Assembly: GCF_009914755.1 (NCBI RefSeq)
Contig: NC_060947.1
Strand: one strand, 5' to 3'
From: the human T2T-CHM13v2.0 reference genome, Homo sapiens
Length of the DNA stretch: 64,000 nucleotides
The position numbers were made by a program, and so were the translations under genes. The notes below the pieces were generated by a model. It was not told where the DNA came from. It was given only the letters and a program-made list of their open reading frames with translations, and did no database searches. Below, in pieces: positions 1 through 14,000 of this stretch; position 1 is the first letter of the stretch, and each line of letters opens with the position of its first letter.

Positions 1-1360
1 CCCGAGAGTGTCTTTTTCTCCTTCTTAACCACCATTGTATCACGTTTTAAGTTTACAGACCTTTTATCACCCACAGCAATTTCTGAGCAATTGATGGTGC
101 CACCCATAATATCAAGTTATTGTCATTAAAACCAGTGCATTTTCATGGCAGCAGTTGTCACATTTTGCAAAGAAGTGCTTGCCAGACATGTAAGTCACCG
201 CAGCCCTAACAAAAGTGCAAATAAACTGCTTGTCATCAGTGAAAAGAGTCTTCCAGAAACTGGCATTCTAGGGCTAAATCTTTTCAAACTCTGGTCCACT
301 GATCTTAAAAAGACAAGAGTGTGGGTGCATTCGTGCTCCTTAATGATTGTAGCCCACCCTAAGAATTCTGTTTTATTTTCTACCATCGGGAAATGGCTAG
401 TCCATTTCAATGAGAATTGATCCATTGTTCCTCAACTTTGCACAAGCTCTTTTGAGTGGATAGATAAGTTTTGAAGCCTTGCCAAGCCTAGTATCATTAG
501 CACGATGCTTCCATTCCCCTTATAAAGGGAATGGTTGACACTCAATGTCAATGGTACACAATTTGCAAGTTTGAGAAAGCTTGGGGAATCTTCCCATAAA
601 ACCAGGCCTTCTGGACACAACTGTCAGCCCACAAAGAGAAAAAGGAGGATACTGGTTGCCATTTGGAAAAGATAAATGATAGCATCTGCCCTGATAACTT
701 ACAAGACACATCACTGTCTTTCAGGGTTGAGGGAATAAGAGACATCTTGTTACCTTCATCCGGCCTCCTAAACCACCCTTCATCAATTTCTGTCCATATA
801 TTTTACTCTTTACATTTGACTTATTCATAAGACCATGGTTGTGCCATGGTGGAAGGGGGAATGTTACCAATGTGGACCATTGGTTCTAGCAAAAGCCCTA
901 ATCACTGAGAATTCTACTGGAGGAGAGTCATTATAAAATGAGAATGCTACAATGAAATAAAATAAAATCACAGAGAGTTATAATTATGTAGCCAATGAAA
1001 TAGAAGATGATTCTAGGGAAAATTAGCATGTCACTGTTTTAGTCTTCTTTCCTATTAAAAGATGGCATTATTCACTCAGCTGGCGAATTTATTGTGTAGC
1101 ATGGATTCGATTAGTGCTGTTTCCCCACTTATGTCTTTAGTAATTACATTTCTTCATGGTTATTTAAGCCCATGAATCATAAATCATCATTTATAGTTGA
1201 GCAATTACCTCATCATGTAGCACTTCAAATGGATAGAGACGCTGTACTTGGTGTCAAACATAAGCAACTGTGCGTGTCTTGGTACTATATTAATATATAT
1301 CAGTAAAACCTTGAATATAGAATAAAAATGTTATCTACAGCCCTCATCGAGATTCCAGCC

Positions 1361-1566
1361 CAGGACTCAGCAAGCTTTCTCTGTAAAGGATCAGAGAATA
1401 AATATTTTAGGCATTGCTGGCCAACAAGACATACACTCTGCATTTGCGTCAAGAAAGCAGCCACAAACCGTGCAGAAATGAATGAATGTGGCTGGCTTAA
1501 TTCAGGGCAGCACAGAACAAGCATTGGCCAGATGTGGCCTCTCAGGCTGCAGTTAGCTAATTCCTG
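1361..1566 (+). mobile_element. MER58A-like hAT-Charlie MITE
   Basis: Begins CAGGACTCAGCAAGCTTTCTCTGTAAAGG..AAATATTTTAGG and ends GCCAGATGTGGCC..AGTTAGCTAATTCCTG, matching the recalled MER58 consensus and its terminal inverted repeats (TIRs). Confidence 0.8.
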
Positions 1567-1800
1567 TTCTAGCCCCAGGATAGAAACTGAGTGTTACCAC
1601 ATGGGCCACCTCTGGATACCTCTGAATATTGGTGAAGGCTGGCTTAGAAGGGATTGGAGAGGAATCAGTGAGTGTGAATACATTGGAATAGAGTACTCTG
1701 ATTCCCAATACTAGATAAGTGTTACTAATTCCTTAGTGTGTACTAGCCTCTGTGTTGAGACTTACATCCCCCTAAAACAAATCAGAGCTTGTCTTACTCT

Positions 1801-1933
1801 TATTACTCCCATTTTACAGATTGACAAGATGAGGCAAAGTGACATTAAGTAGCTTTCCTAAAATCTCACAGATGAGAAGTGAATGTCTGTGTATGAAGAG
1901 AGTAGAGGGGAGAAGGGCAAGCAGGATTTGAAC
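1801..1933 (-). mobile_element. MIR fragment, interrupted by an LTR
   Basis: CCCATTTTACAGATTGACAAGATGAGGC..AAGTAGCTTTCCTAAAATCTCACAG..CAGGATTTGAAC MIR core. Confidence 0.65.
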
Positions 1934-2683
1934 TGTAGGGGCCAAGGGAAAGCTTCCCTCTCCGCTCCAAACCCTTCCCCCCACTGAAGGTTCAAGTCTA
2001 CTGAAATGAACTGACAATAGACAGATTAACAGAAGAAAAGTTAAACAAATTTACTAACGTGCATAAGCATGGAAACCATACAAAATATGAGACTCAAAGA
2101 AGGCACTGATGGCTGACAGTTAAATACCCTCTTCATAGGAGAGAGGGGAATGGAAACTGTAGGCAATTGTGAGGGCTAGTAAATTATTTTCAAGAGAAAT
2201 GAATGAGCCCAAAGAATACACAATGGCTGGGACAAAGTTCCTCGGAGCTCTGGAGGAAGTGGAGGGAAGGTGAGGAGCAGAATTGCACAATGAACAAAGG
2301 TTGACTTATTATGCAAATGAAATTTCCCAGGTAATCTCTTGGAACCGTCCTCAGAAGAATAGATGAAAAATCTCTCTGGGCACATGATAACTTTTGGTCT
2401 TTTCTCTTCTTCAGTGGTTAATCATTTCTGATTATTTCATGAGATTCCAAGGGAGGGGGCCTTAAGACAATTAACATGTCTTTTGGAAGAAGTTTTCCTT
2501 TGTCACATAAGGGAATTTCCAGAGAGGCCCTACCTGAGCATTGGAGGCAGAAATATGAGAAGATTAGAAAGTCTTTGAATCTGAGGCAACTTCTAAGGCC
2601 TTCCAATGTCCTTTAATTCAAAAGTTCTCAGCATGCCAAAATAGCAAATGACACTTTGAGGTATCATTCTCTGAGTCCCAGCA
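1934..2683 (-). mobile_element. ERV1 solo LTR (MER39/MER34 group)
   Basis: TG...CA termini; exact 4-bp TSD GAAC (1930-1933, 2684-2687); TGTAGGGGCCAAGGGAAA and GTATCATTCTCTGAGTCCCAGCA ends are typical of this group. Confidence 0.85.
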
Positions 2684-2754
2684 GAACCAAGACCAGGAAA
2701 CAGGATGATGGAGGAGGCCTTAGGCCATGGGTTTGTTCTTCCAAACCAGCCTCT

Positions 2755-3633
2755 TAAAAAGAAAATAAACTGTTTTTCTATAGTCTCAACACTTCTGACA
2801 ACAAATTTATGGGGATCCCCCCGATACTAACCAATTCTGCAGTTCTCAGCTAATACAGACTGGGTGTCCTCAATTCCGATACTAACTCACTGGAGTTAAC
2901 TCAGACTCACAGGTTAGGGGTTTGGTAGCACAAGACTGCCCACTCTTACCCCAACACTAATAGCAAGTAGTGGTCCCCAGGTTACCCACAACTTCTATCA
3001 GACTTGATTACAAATTGGGTTTGGCAATTTGCCAGAACAGCTCACAGAACTAAGGCAAACAGTTTACTTACTATTACCAATTTACTATGAAGGACATTTT
3101 AAAGGATACAAAAGAACAGTCATATGAAGAGGTGCATAGAGTGAAGTCCAGAAGGATCCTGAGCATGACAGCTTTGGCCCCATGGAGCTTGGGGTGCACC
3201 ACTCTCCCAGCATATAGATACATTCTCGTTCATCAACCTGGAATCTCTCTGAGCTCCTCCATTTGGGTTTTTTATGGAGCTTCCATTACATAGGCATGAT
3301 TGATGAAATCATTGACCTTTGGTGTTTGAGTCAAGTCTCAGCCTTTCTTCCCTTCTGGGAGGTTGGGGGTAGAGCTTAAAGTCCCAACTCTCTAATTACA
3401 GGGCTGGTTCCTCTGGTAAGTGGAACCCATTGTGAAACTATCCATGGGCCCACCAAAGTTTACCTTATTAGCATAAACTCAGGTAGCATCAACTATGGTT
3501 GAAAGGGGCTCATTACAAATAACAAAAATCTCTGTTACTTAGGAAATTCTGAGCTTAGGAATTTTAGGACCTCTCTTTCAAGAGCTAGGGATGAAGATCA
3601 AATATATGTTTTTTATTATATCACAATATCACA
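2755..3633 (-). mobile_element. MER21-family solo LTR
   Basis: Ends in CACAATATCACA; internal ACACTTCTGACA and CACAAGACTGCC motifs; 5-bp TSD CCTCT on both sides. Confidence 0.85.
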
Positions 3634-3669
3634 CCTCTCCTAAATCAGTAATGTTTACCTTTATGATCT

Positions 3670-3812
3670 CATATATATATACATATGTATATACACACAC
3701 ACACAAACACTATAAATATGTATATATAATATGTATATATATGTGTATGTGTGTTATATATATACATGTGTGTATAGACTTATATGTATCTATATGTGTG
3801 TGTATATATATT
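3670..3812. repeat. (TA/CA/TG)n compound microsatellite
   Basis: Directly visible alternating purine-pyrimidine repeat. Confidence 0.95.
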
Positions 3813-5654
3813 AACATGACGTGTTAACAATCAACAGTCAATTGTTATTCACATGTGCCTAGCTTCTACGTTTTAGTTACTCATCATCATTGAGACTAAA
3901 ATAATCTAGAATATTAAACAGCCTGTAACTCGGGAAGTAGAAAAAAGCATTAAACATTTGACATAAATAATTTATTTGTACTAATGATTGATTTGAACTA
4001 ATTTGAGGGGGTAACTTGGGTGGGCAGGCACAGACACACAGATGAGCATATATGGCCATGAAAATTTTATATTTAGGGAAAAGCCATGAGATGTCACTCA
4101 AATTATCAAGATGTATTGATGTTTACAGGGTTCTTTAACTCTTTTGTAAAATAATTGTTCAGAAAACCCCTCCACACATCACTAAATAGTTATAATTTTG
4201 ATATGTCTCTTTGCAGCTTTTTCTTTTACATTTTTTCTTCTTAATATTTATGTATCAGAGCATTATATAGCTATGTCTATCCCTCACCTATCTACCCATT
4301 GCTTAAATTTAATAAAACAGTATATACACAATGCATACATGGACAATATGCTACTTCCTCCTTGAATCTTTCACCACAAATATTGTCCCATGTTACTGAA
4401 AATTTCTCTTAAGCCACGATTTTTCATTTTCACAATTTTGTCCTTTGACTTGGGCATACATTATTTGATCATTAAAAAAACATGACATTTTAGATGTTGA
4501 CTCATTTCTGCTATCATAATTAAAGCTGTAGTGGCTTATTTAACAGTAAGTTTAAAAGTGTGCTGATTATTACATTTTTTGCATGATGGAGATGAGAAAA
4601 AAACATCTGTAGAACATAGAAATGTTAGAATAGGTTAAAGACGTTGCTATCCGAATGTGTTGCCTCTGTATTGTGTTTTAAAAGGTTGTGCGAATGTTTG
4701 TTTGCTTTTATCTCTTTGGCCATGTTTTGTCATCTTTGGTATCATCTCATCCTCTGTGCTTTGTGACTGAAATTGAAGTGTATTTGTTCAGAACACAATG
4801 ATACTAGATCGTTGATTGCCTACAGCATTATGGCTTGGAAATGAACACAGTAAACAGAACAGAGAAATGGAGTTGTGCAGTTCCAGGAGTGGATTAGTAC
4901 GTTATGTTGTTGTAGAGCAGTGTGTATTCAAAAGATTTAAAGATGCCTTATCAATGGAGACAAAGATTATTTTCAATTGTGAGTGGCTTAACAACATCAC
5001 TCACTCTGACATGGCCTAAATGCTAATTTAGGTGCTAAACCAAAACAAAATTAAAAAAAAAAAAAACACCAGGTGAAGAGCATTTCCTACAAGCTTGAAT
5101 CCAGAGAGAGTTCATATATAAGTTTACATATTTATGTATAGTATGCAGTCATTACATATCTGACTACATATACACATGGTAACATGTTATCTATATGTGT
5201 TTATGCACAGAAATGCATGACAAATACTTGTTATGGCATGTGATGAATATGTTCTTCATGTATGCTCACCTAAACTATTTACGTTGATTTAATGAAATTG
5301 TTCTGTCTGAAGAATGCCACTACAACGTTAAGAATTATCCCTCTGTACCGTAAATGAATCTGAGTTATCTGAAAATCATAGCCAAAAATCTTGGAGTCTT
5401 GAAAAATTCTAGAAAAGGAGAGTATTTCTCATAATGTATGTGAAATAAGGAAATAAATCTTTAATTTTACAACCCAGAGTTTTAGTTTTTACCTATTCAC
5501 AATAATCAGGCAGGGTCCCATCCTCCCAGGGTAAGCTGTAGTCAAGGCCTGGGAGACCAAACTGTAAACCAGAAGGGAGATTGTCCCAAGATTTTTGTTT
5601 TTCTCAGGAAAAGATGCAAAATATTTGTGACATTTACATCTGAAACAGAAGGAC

Positions 5655-6230
5655 ATTCCAGAGATTTCTCAAATCACTAAAAATAGAACTACCGTTCGAC
5701 CCAGCCATCCCATTACTGGGTATATACTTAAAGGGAAATAAATTATTCTACCAAAAAGACACATGCATGCGTATGTTAATTGTAGCACCATTCACAATAG
5801 CAAAGACATGAAATCGAGCCACGTGCCCGTCAATGGTGCAATGGATAAAGAAAATGTGGAACATATACACCATGAAATGTTATGCAGCCAAAATTATATC
5901 TTTTGCAGCAACATGGACGCAGCTGGAGGCCATAACCGAAGCAAATTAATGTAGAAACAGAGGACCACGTGTTCTCACTTATAAGTGGGAGCTACATCTT
6001 GGGTATACATGGACATAAAGATGGGAACAATAGACACTGAAGACTCCAAAAGGAAGGAAGGAGGGAGGGAGAAGGGCAAGGGCTGAGAAATTTCCTATTA
6101 GGTACTATGTTCATTATCTGGGTGATGGGATCAGTAGAAGTCCAAACCTCAGCATCACATATTAAACCCTTCCAACAAACCTGCACATGTACCTCCTGAA
6201 TCTAAAATAAAAAATAAAAATAAAATTAAC
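5655..6230 (+). mobile_element. 5'-truncated L1 (L1PA16/L1PB-like) 3' end
   Basis: ORF2 end GAACTACCGTTCGACCCAGCCATCCCATTACTGGG, L1 3'UTR and A-rich tail; TSD TGAAACAG(A)AGGAC at ~5641 and ~6234. Confidence 0.9.
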
Positions 6231-6325
6231 AAATGAAACAGAGGACTGTGAAGACTTATAGTTTATTGTTTTAGCTGATTTCCTTTTCCCACTACCCACT
6301 TTAATCTTTTTTGGGCAATACTCAC

Positions 6326-6580
6326 TGTATTAGTTCGTTTCCACGCTACTGATGAAGACATACCCGAAACTGGAAGCAAAAAGAGGTTTAATTGGACTTA
6401 TAGTTCCACATGGCTGGGGAGGTCTCAGAATCATGCCAGGAGGCAAAAGGCACTTCCTACATGGCAGTGGCGAGAGAAGAATGAGGAAGAAGCAAAAGTG
6501 GAAACCACTGATAAACCCATCAGATCTCATGAAACTTATTCACTATCATGAGAATAGCAAGGGGAAGGTCTGCCCCCATG
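6326..6580 (-). mobile_element. THE1 (MaLR) LTR, truncated by a fold-back
   Basis: TGTATTAGTTCGTTTCCACGCTACTGATGAAGACATACCCGA start; THE1 similarity stops at CCCCCATG. Confidence 0.9.
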
Positions 6581-6619
6581 CTATTCTCATGATAGTGAAT
6601 AATTCTCACGAGATCTTAC

Positions 6620-7091
6620 GTGTAGACCTCAGATAAGGGGTGAATGAGGACTGAACTCTGACTGCTGTTCTGTGTTCTAAGTTTCTGAGGTGGCTGGAGG
6701 AGCTTTCACCTATAGGCCAAGCTCAAATTCCTTTGTCTAAAACCCCCAAGTTTTTAGACAAAGCTTCACTTCCTTAACCAATCCCAAATCAGAGAATCTT
6801 TGAATCCACCTCTGACCTGTGGACCCCCCTTTCAATGTGGCTCACCTTTTTAGCACAAACCAATGTATAGCCTCCATGTATTGATTTATGACTTTGCCTG
6901 CAACCTCTGCCTCCTGCCTTTGAAAACCCTGACACACAAGGCATTGAAGAGTTTGGGTCTTAAGTGTTAGCTACTGTATTCTTCTTTCTCAGAGCCCTGC
7001 AATAAATGCCTCACCTTCTTTTGCTGCAAATCCTGTCAATGTTTGCCTTTGCTGTTCCAGGGGTGCTGGATCCAAGCTCGGTTCAGTAAGA
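6620..7091 (+). mobile_element. ERV1 LTR 3' part (MER4 group, MER66-like), 5'-truncated
   Basis: GACCTCAGATAAGGGG..AACCAATGTATAGCCTCC..CTGCAATAAA..GGTTCAGTAAGA; homologous to the reverse complement of 17714-18097. Confidence 0.8.
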
Positions 7092-7479
7092 CGGAAGTCA
7101 TAGAGCTGACTCGTGGTCTGTGGTACCAGGAAGGGCCAAAGTCAGGCCACACCAACCAGAGAGGTCTATTGGGTCCTGACAGGGACCAAGTGGTCAGCTC
7201 TCTGGGCTTCAGTGGTGACTTCCAGCAGGACAAGCAGTGACCAGGAGACCTTTAGGGTGCACTTCCCAGGAGAACATGGGAGCCAGAGAGGCTGTGTTCA
7301 GACACCCTGACTATCCCTCTCATCGAGTTAGGACAATTCACACACATGACCTTCCATGTACCTAGAGATCAGTATAGTGGTACCATTCAGAGAACAGACC
7401 ATAGCAAGTGTGAGAGACTGAGATTAACCTCATAACAATTCCAAACCAGATGAGATTAAAGAATAATTATCCTCTAAAA

Positions 7480-7717
7480 CAAGGGTGGAGTATCCCTTAT
7501 CCAAAAATCCAAAATCCATAATGCTCCAAAATCCAGAACTTTTTGAGCACCAACATGACTCTCAAAGGAAATGCTCATTAGAGTATTTTGGATTTTTGAT
7601 TTTCAGATTAGAAATGCTCAACCCCTAAGTAAAATTCAAAGATTCCAAAATCCAAAAAAATCCAAAATCTGAAACACTTCTGGTCCTAAGCATTTTGGAT
7701 AAGGGATAGTCAACTTG
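7480..7717 (+). mobile_element. Tigger4a/MER46 MITE (TcMar-Tigger)
   Basis: TIRs GAGTATCCCTTATCCAAAA / TTTTGGATAAGGGATAGTCAACTTG followed by TA; internal CCAAAATCC repeats. Confidence 0.85.
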
Positions 7718-7944
7718 TATGTGCATATGTACATATGTATATTATATGTATTATATACATACATAATCATATAGAGACAGAATACAAAGGATATACTTTT
7801 GTCCCTGAACATCCAAGTTGGTTGCAGTATGAATGAACTTTTGAGGAAAGCCTCATTGGTTATCTTCCTAGTTTAGTAGAGGCATTCCTTGGATCAGAAG
7901 GACTGTGTCCTATTTATCTTAATATTCTCAGTGCCTGGGAAAAT

Positions 7945-8095
7945 GTCATCCACGGACCATCAGTATCTATATCTTCTGGGGGGTTGCTAGAAATGCAGAA
8001 TCCCAGGCCCCACCTCAGACCTACTGAGTTAGCAAGTGCGTTCTAACAGAACCCTTGGCTGATTCGCATGCCCATCAAAGTTTGAGAAGTGCGGC
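7945..8095 (+). mobile_element. MER5A-like hAT MITE
   Basis: TAGAAATGCAGAATCCCAGGCCCCACCTCAGACCTACTGA..AAAGTTTGAGAAG. Confidence 0.8.
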
Positions 8096-8218
8096 CCTAA
8101 CAGATGATCAGTAATCACTTATAGAAAGTATTTATAGAATAAATTTGTAAAATTTATTTTCACGTGCAACATTCATGAATAAATAAATGAATGTTTCACA
8201 TTAATAAATAATTGAATA

Positions 8219-8550
<332 letters not shown>

Positions 8551-9262
8551 TTAAAACTGAGTCCAGTTGTGTCTTTCTTTACTTATTTAGAATGCTTGCA
8601 GACAGAGGCTGAGTTCTGGCTTTCACATCCAGCTTCTCTTAAAGAAGGGCCTTAATTTTCCCCCTTCTTCTTCTTCCCAGACAGGACATCTTGGGGCCTG
8701 AAGTGGGGTGGGGTTCTTCCTCTAAGCCTTTCTGGCAGATGCACAGACAAAGTCTTAGCCTGTTCACTCCATGAATTGTAAACTGCAGGTTCCTATAGAA
8801 TGTAGTTCTCAGAATGTGCACATTTATATCTGTGTGACATGCTTTTCCATTCCTTTTTCGTATCTGCCTATATTCAGAATAATATGCCTAGGACTCCTTG
8901 TCACAATATTCGACATCTTTAATTTTACTTGATGATTGTATAATAAGATGGCCCATGCCCTTGTCTGTCTGCTGACACTTAGCAGGGAGTTTGTTTAGTG
9001 CTGTGTATTATTTTGATTTATGAATAACTTCTGAGGATCAATTGGCATTGTCCTTGGGAGCTTCCTATCATCATTACTTTTGAACCATTAGTTTGATGCC
9101 TTTAGCAAAAGGATCTACGACCTTAAGACCTTAAGGACTCGCTTCATCATTTTGGAGTTGAGCAACCCCAGTTGAATTACCCTCCTTATGGTGTTGTAGG
9201 GCTTAGAATAGCAACTGGTACTTGGTAAGCTGAATGGGTGAGCTATTGCTCTTATTCATGCA

Positions 9263-9635
9263 TTCATTCATTTAATAAGCATTTATTGGCATCCACTGTG
9301 CATTGGATATGAAGAATGTACATCCTAGCACTTTGGGAGGCAGAGGCAGGAGGATCACTTGCACCCAAGAGTTTGAGACCAGCCTGGGCAACATAGGGAG
9401 ACCGTGTCTCTAAGATTAAAAAAAAAAAAAAAAAGTACAAATAAGCAAGGTCCTGCTGCTGCTGTCTCTGAGGTTCTCCCATTTATGTGGGAGAGATGAT
9501 CTTCTGAATGATCAGTAATGAAATGTTATAAGAAATACCTTGAAGGTACAATGGACAGAGCTGTAAATTCCACCTGGAGGCAATGAGAGGAGGCATCACA
9601 GAAAAGGTACCGTTTAGGATGGGCCCTAAAGATCA
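9263..9635 (-). mobile_element. L2 3' fragment, interrupted by an Alu monomer
   Basis: TTCATTCATTTAATAAGCATTTATTG L2 tail followed by degenerate L2 body. Confidence 0.6.
9324..9434 (+). mobile_element. FLAM/Alu left monomer, 5'-truncated
   Basis: CCTAGCACTTTGGGAGGCAGAGGCAGGAGGATCACTTG..CTGGGCAACATAG plus poly(A). Confidence 0.9.
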
Positions 9636-9730
9636 GCCTGCATTTACCTTAATCTTCTCTCTCCATTCAGCCTGCGCAGGAAATCCCTGATCAGATTTCA
9701 GCCAGCAAAACAGATCAAGTAGCTTTTATG

Positions 9731-9778
9731 GTCCACGGAGCAATTTAAAGTGAGGTCTACAGAGCAATTTAAAGTGAG
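9731..9778. repeat. 24-bp tandem duplication
   Basis: GTCCACGGAGCAATTTAAAGTGAG / GTCTACAGAGCAATTTAAAGTGAG. Confidence 0.9.
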
Positions 9779-10942
9779 ACTCTGTTTTAGGCCATTTCAC
9801 TGCTCCTGTCCCCCAGTGAAGAAGAAAGGCTGGATTTAAAAAAAAAAAATCCTGGAGCCTGGTATATATCATGTTAGGAAAGCAGCCTGTTTGAATTCCT
9901 TTATCAGTTAGTGCATTTTGTTTTATTCAAATTGAATAAAAACCTTGCCCGAAAAGAGGTCGAGACTCTTCTCAATCTCTACATTTTATCTATCCCCTGA
10001 AATGCTTTTCCAATTCTTTAAATCATCACGGACAAGGGAAATTGTGCTCTCGAGAGGAAAGAGGGGCTTCTGTGACCAATGCTTCTGAAAATCCTCCAAG
10101 CTTACTTTTCTGTCAGGTCAATCAACCTGTCTATGCACTCTTTTATTTTTATTTTTTATTTTTGATAACAGAAAACAAAGTTCACACACGACAAGACATA
10201 ACATGGCATAACATGAAAAATGCCACGCAACTCTGTGGCACTGAAAGCAAACGTCTTCAGACTGACTTAAAGGACATATTGTGTTTTCTTAAGTTAGGAA
10301 AATAAGCCCGCTCTGTAGCAAACAGCCAAGTGCTGGGGTAGTTGTGGTGCAGGAGTGTTCCCCTGGGCTTAAGGTCTGTGTCTATCAAAATGGCCAAAAG
10401 GTCAGTCCTGGCAGCAGGAACTAGTTCCTTTATCCTTTCCCTCTCCAATACCTGCCTCTTTGCAAATGTTTGTTTTTCCCACTGAGAAAATAAATGCACT
10501 GTGGAGATGGAGGATAAGAGAGCAGTCAGATGAGCGAACTAAATAAAGCAATCATGTTGGAGACAGAGTGGGGGAGATCAGCCAAGACCTTTAGAGGAAA
10601 ACAGAGACCTGTGGACACAGAGTGGGGAGGTAAATGTCTGCAGGATCATCATTTTGAAGAGTCTTAAAGAAATAAGCTTGAATTATTTTTTTAAATCAAA
10701 TGATATTATGACAAAGAGAATAAATTTTATCCTGAAAGCAAAATCATCCCTTGCAACTATTTAAACTTATGTTAAAATTTTTAGATGTCAACTTAAAATA
10801 ATTCAGAGCGTTTGAAACTTATCAAAATTCTTTGAATGCCAAAGACTGATATTATGCTTGAATTTTCTACGTGAGCATGAATTAGTTTTTCTAATTCTAA
10901 TTAGATATACTTAACCTATTTTAATTTGAAAACAAAGGAATT

Positions 10943-11283
<341 letters not shown>

Positions 11284-11479
11284 TCATGTAATCTGAATGG
11301 GTGAGTTTGTAAAATTTTAAAGTAATGAAAACACTAAAAGAGTTACAAACTGTATGTAAAAATCCAACCATTAGGTGGAAAAGTACCTGTAGCAGACAGA
11401 AAGACAGAATCCGTAACTCTAATGAACAAAAAATAAATGTAAATTTAAAACATAAACAGAAAAAGAAACAGACTCTTTA

Positions 11480-11914
<435 letters not shown>

Positions 11915-12488
11915 TCAAGATCTTTAGTTTTTTAGTTTTGTTTCCCCTAAAGCTATATAAGCTCACATTCATAGATATTAATTATAGAGTTTTTCACTGG
12001 AAGGCATTTTAGAACCCTTTTGCCCACAGTTAAATATAATTCATGAGGAAAATGTAATGTGCCCAAGGATATGAATATTTCTTTTCTCTCCCTTATTTCC
12101 ACATTATGATTCTGTATGGTATGAATTTATTAAGGCTCATGCGAGTTGAGTCCAGTTTACCCTCTCAGGAGATTACACTCCCAGCAGCCCTAATAGAGTG
12201 TTGTCACCTAGTATTCCTCTGTGGATTTTTCTTAGCATATGAGGCTTTCTCTTATTTTTTTTTTCTGATCCCTGCCTCAAGGCCAGTGGCTTATCAATGG
12301 AGTATTGAAGTAATTGGGCACGTGAAACAACAGAATGGGTTTCACTCCACTTTTAAGCGTCTGATATGTGCTAGTAAAATGGACAACTGAAGCTTCAGGG
12401 ATACAGGGATTGCTTCTTTTCCAAGCACCACTATCCTGCAACCTGTACCAAGTTATTGTCAGTGGATTTTTCCTATACAGACTTTGGG

Positions 12489-12708
12489 CAAACTTTCTCA
12501 ACCTTGGCACTGCAGACTTTTTGGACCAGATAATTTTTCATAGTAGGGGCTGACCTGGGCATTGGAGGATGTTTAGCAGAATCTCTGTTCTCTACCCACT
12601 GGATGCCAGTAGCACATCCTGCCTCCAGTTGTAAATTTAAAAAATGTCTTCAGACATTGCCAAATATCCCCTGGGTGAGGGCATAATCATCCCTAATTGA
12701 GATCCCTG
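12489..12708 (+). mobile_element. MER20 (hAT-Charlie)
   Basis: TTTCTCAACCTTGGCACT..CTCTACCCACTGGATGCCAGTAGCAC..CAGACATTGCCAAAT. Confidence 0.9.
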
Positions 12709-13557
12709 GTTTAGAGTAGTTGGAAAGCCCTAATTTATCTTATTGGAGAACTGACGTATTACAGCAAACAATAATAACAACAACAAAAATGTATGTTCCA
12801 ATGTTTGGAGGTATTCTCCTAACCTAAGTGTGCACAAATGTCTGCCCTACAGAATGGAGACAGTGTCTATATATATAGTGTGTGTATGTGTGTGCATGTA
12901 CACACGTGTGTGCCTTCTTATATACCTCCACACACAGGGTGAGTGGAAATAATCTCTTCTCCTATAGATAATATGTTGAGTAAGTGGTGCTATAGTGTTT
13001 GAATTACTCCAGCAATTCAAGTCCCATCGTGGGGCACCATAACAGAATGAGTTTTTTCCCATCTACTCACACGCCACTCAATATAATTCTTCTGACACCA
13101 GATGGGTGGGCATTTGTCCCAACACGCCAAGCAATTCTCCCACGGACACCAGCTGGGATTCCTCTAGTTAAATTAATTTCTGGCACTATCTACCCAGAGA
13201 TGGTGTCAAATCCCACAGGTTGAAGACTGAGTCCCACAAGACTGCCCCCCACGCTTTCAATGCTAGTCACAAGTCCCAGGTTGTGACCTGTGCTTCTGAC
13301 TGGCTATAAATTGGGGGTTCCCACAACCTCCTCCTCAGGTTCAGTGAATTTTCTAGAGTGGTCACAGAACTCAGTGAAACACTTTACCCATTTATTAGGA
13401 AGGATATTACAAAGGATACAGATGAATGGGCAGATAGAAGGGATTCACAGGGCAAGGGATGTAAGGGTACATGCAGAGCTTCCATGCCCTTTCTGGGTCC
13501 ATCATCCTCGAGGAAGCTCCGTGTGTTCAGATATCTGGATGCTCCCTGAGCCCCATC

Positions 13558-13928
13558 TGATATGGTTTGGCTGTTTCCCCACACAAATCTCATCTTGAAT
13601 TGTAGTTCCGATAATCCCATGTGTTGTGGGAGGGACAAGGTGGAGATAAGTGAATCATGCGGGCAGTTTTCCCCATCCTGTTCTTGTGATAGTGAGTGAG
13701 TTCTCACGACATCTGATGGTTTTATAAGGGGCTTTCCCCTCCTTTGCTCTGCACTTCTTCCTGCCATCATGTGAAGAAGGACGTGTTTGCTTCCCTTTCC
13801 ACCATGATTGTAAGTTTCATGAGGCTTCTCCAGCCCTGTGGAACTATGAGTCAATTAAACCTCTTCCCTTTATAAATTACCCAATCTGGGGTGTGTCTTT
13901 ATTAACAGCAGGAGAAGGAAGTAATATG
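13558..13928 (+). mobile_element. THE1B/C solo LTR nested in MER21
   Basis: TGATATGGTTTGGCTGT start; exact TSD CCATC (13553-13557, 13929-13933). Confidence 0.93.
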
Positions 13929-14000
13929 CCATCCTTTTGGGCTTTTTATGGAGACTTTATGATGCAGGCATGATTGGTTAAATCATTAGCCATTGGTGAT

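Noticed and set aside
1-830. Cluster of overlapping short ORFs suggesting an exon or transposase fragment
   Set aside because: No motif recognised in any frame and no convincing splice-site pair
13290-13854. ORFs of 63-156 aa
   Set aside because: They lie across THE1/MER21 LTR sequence, which is non-coding
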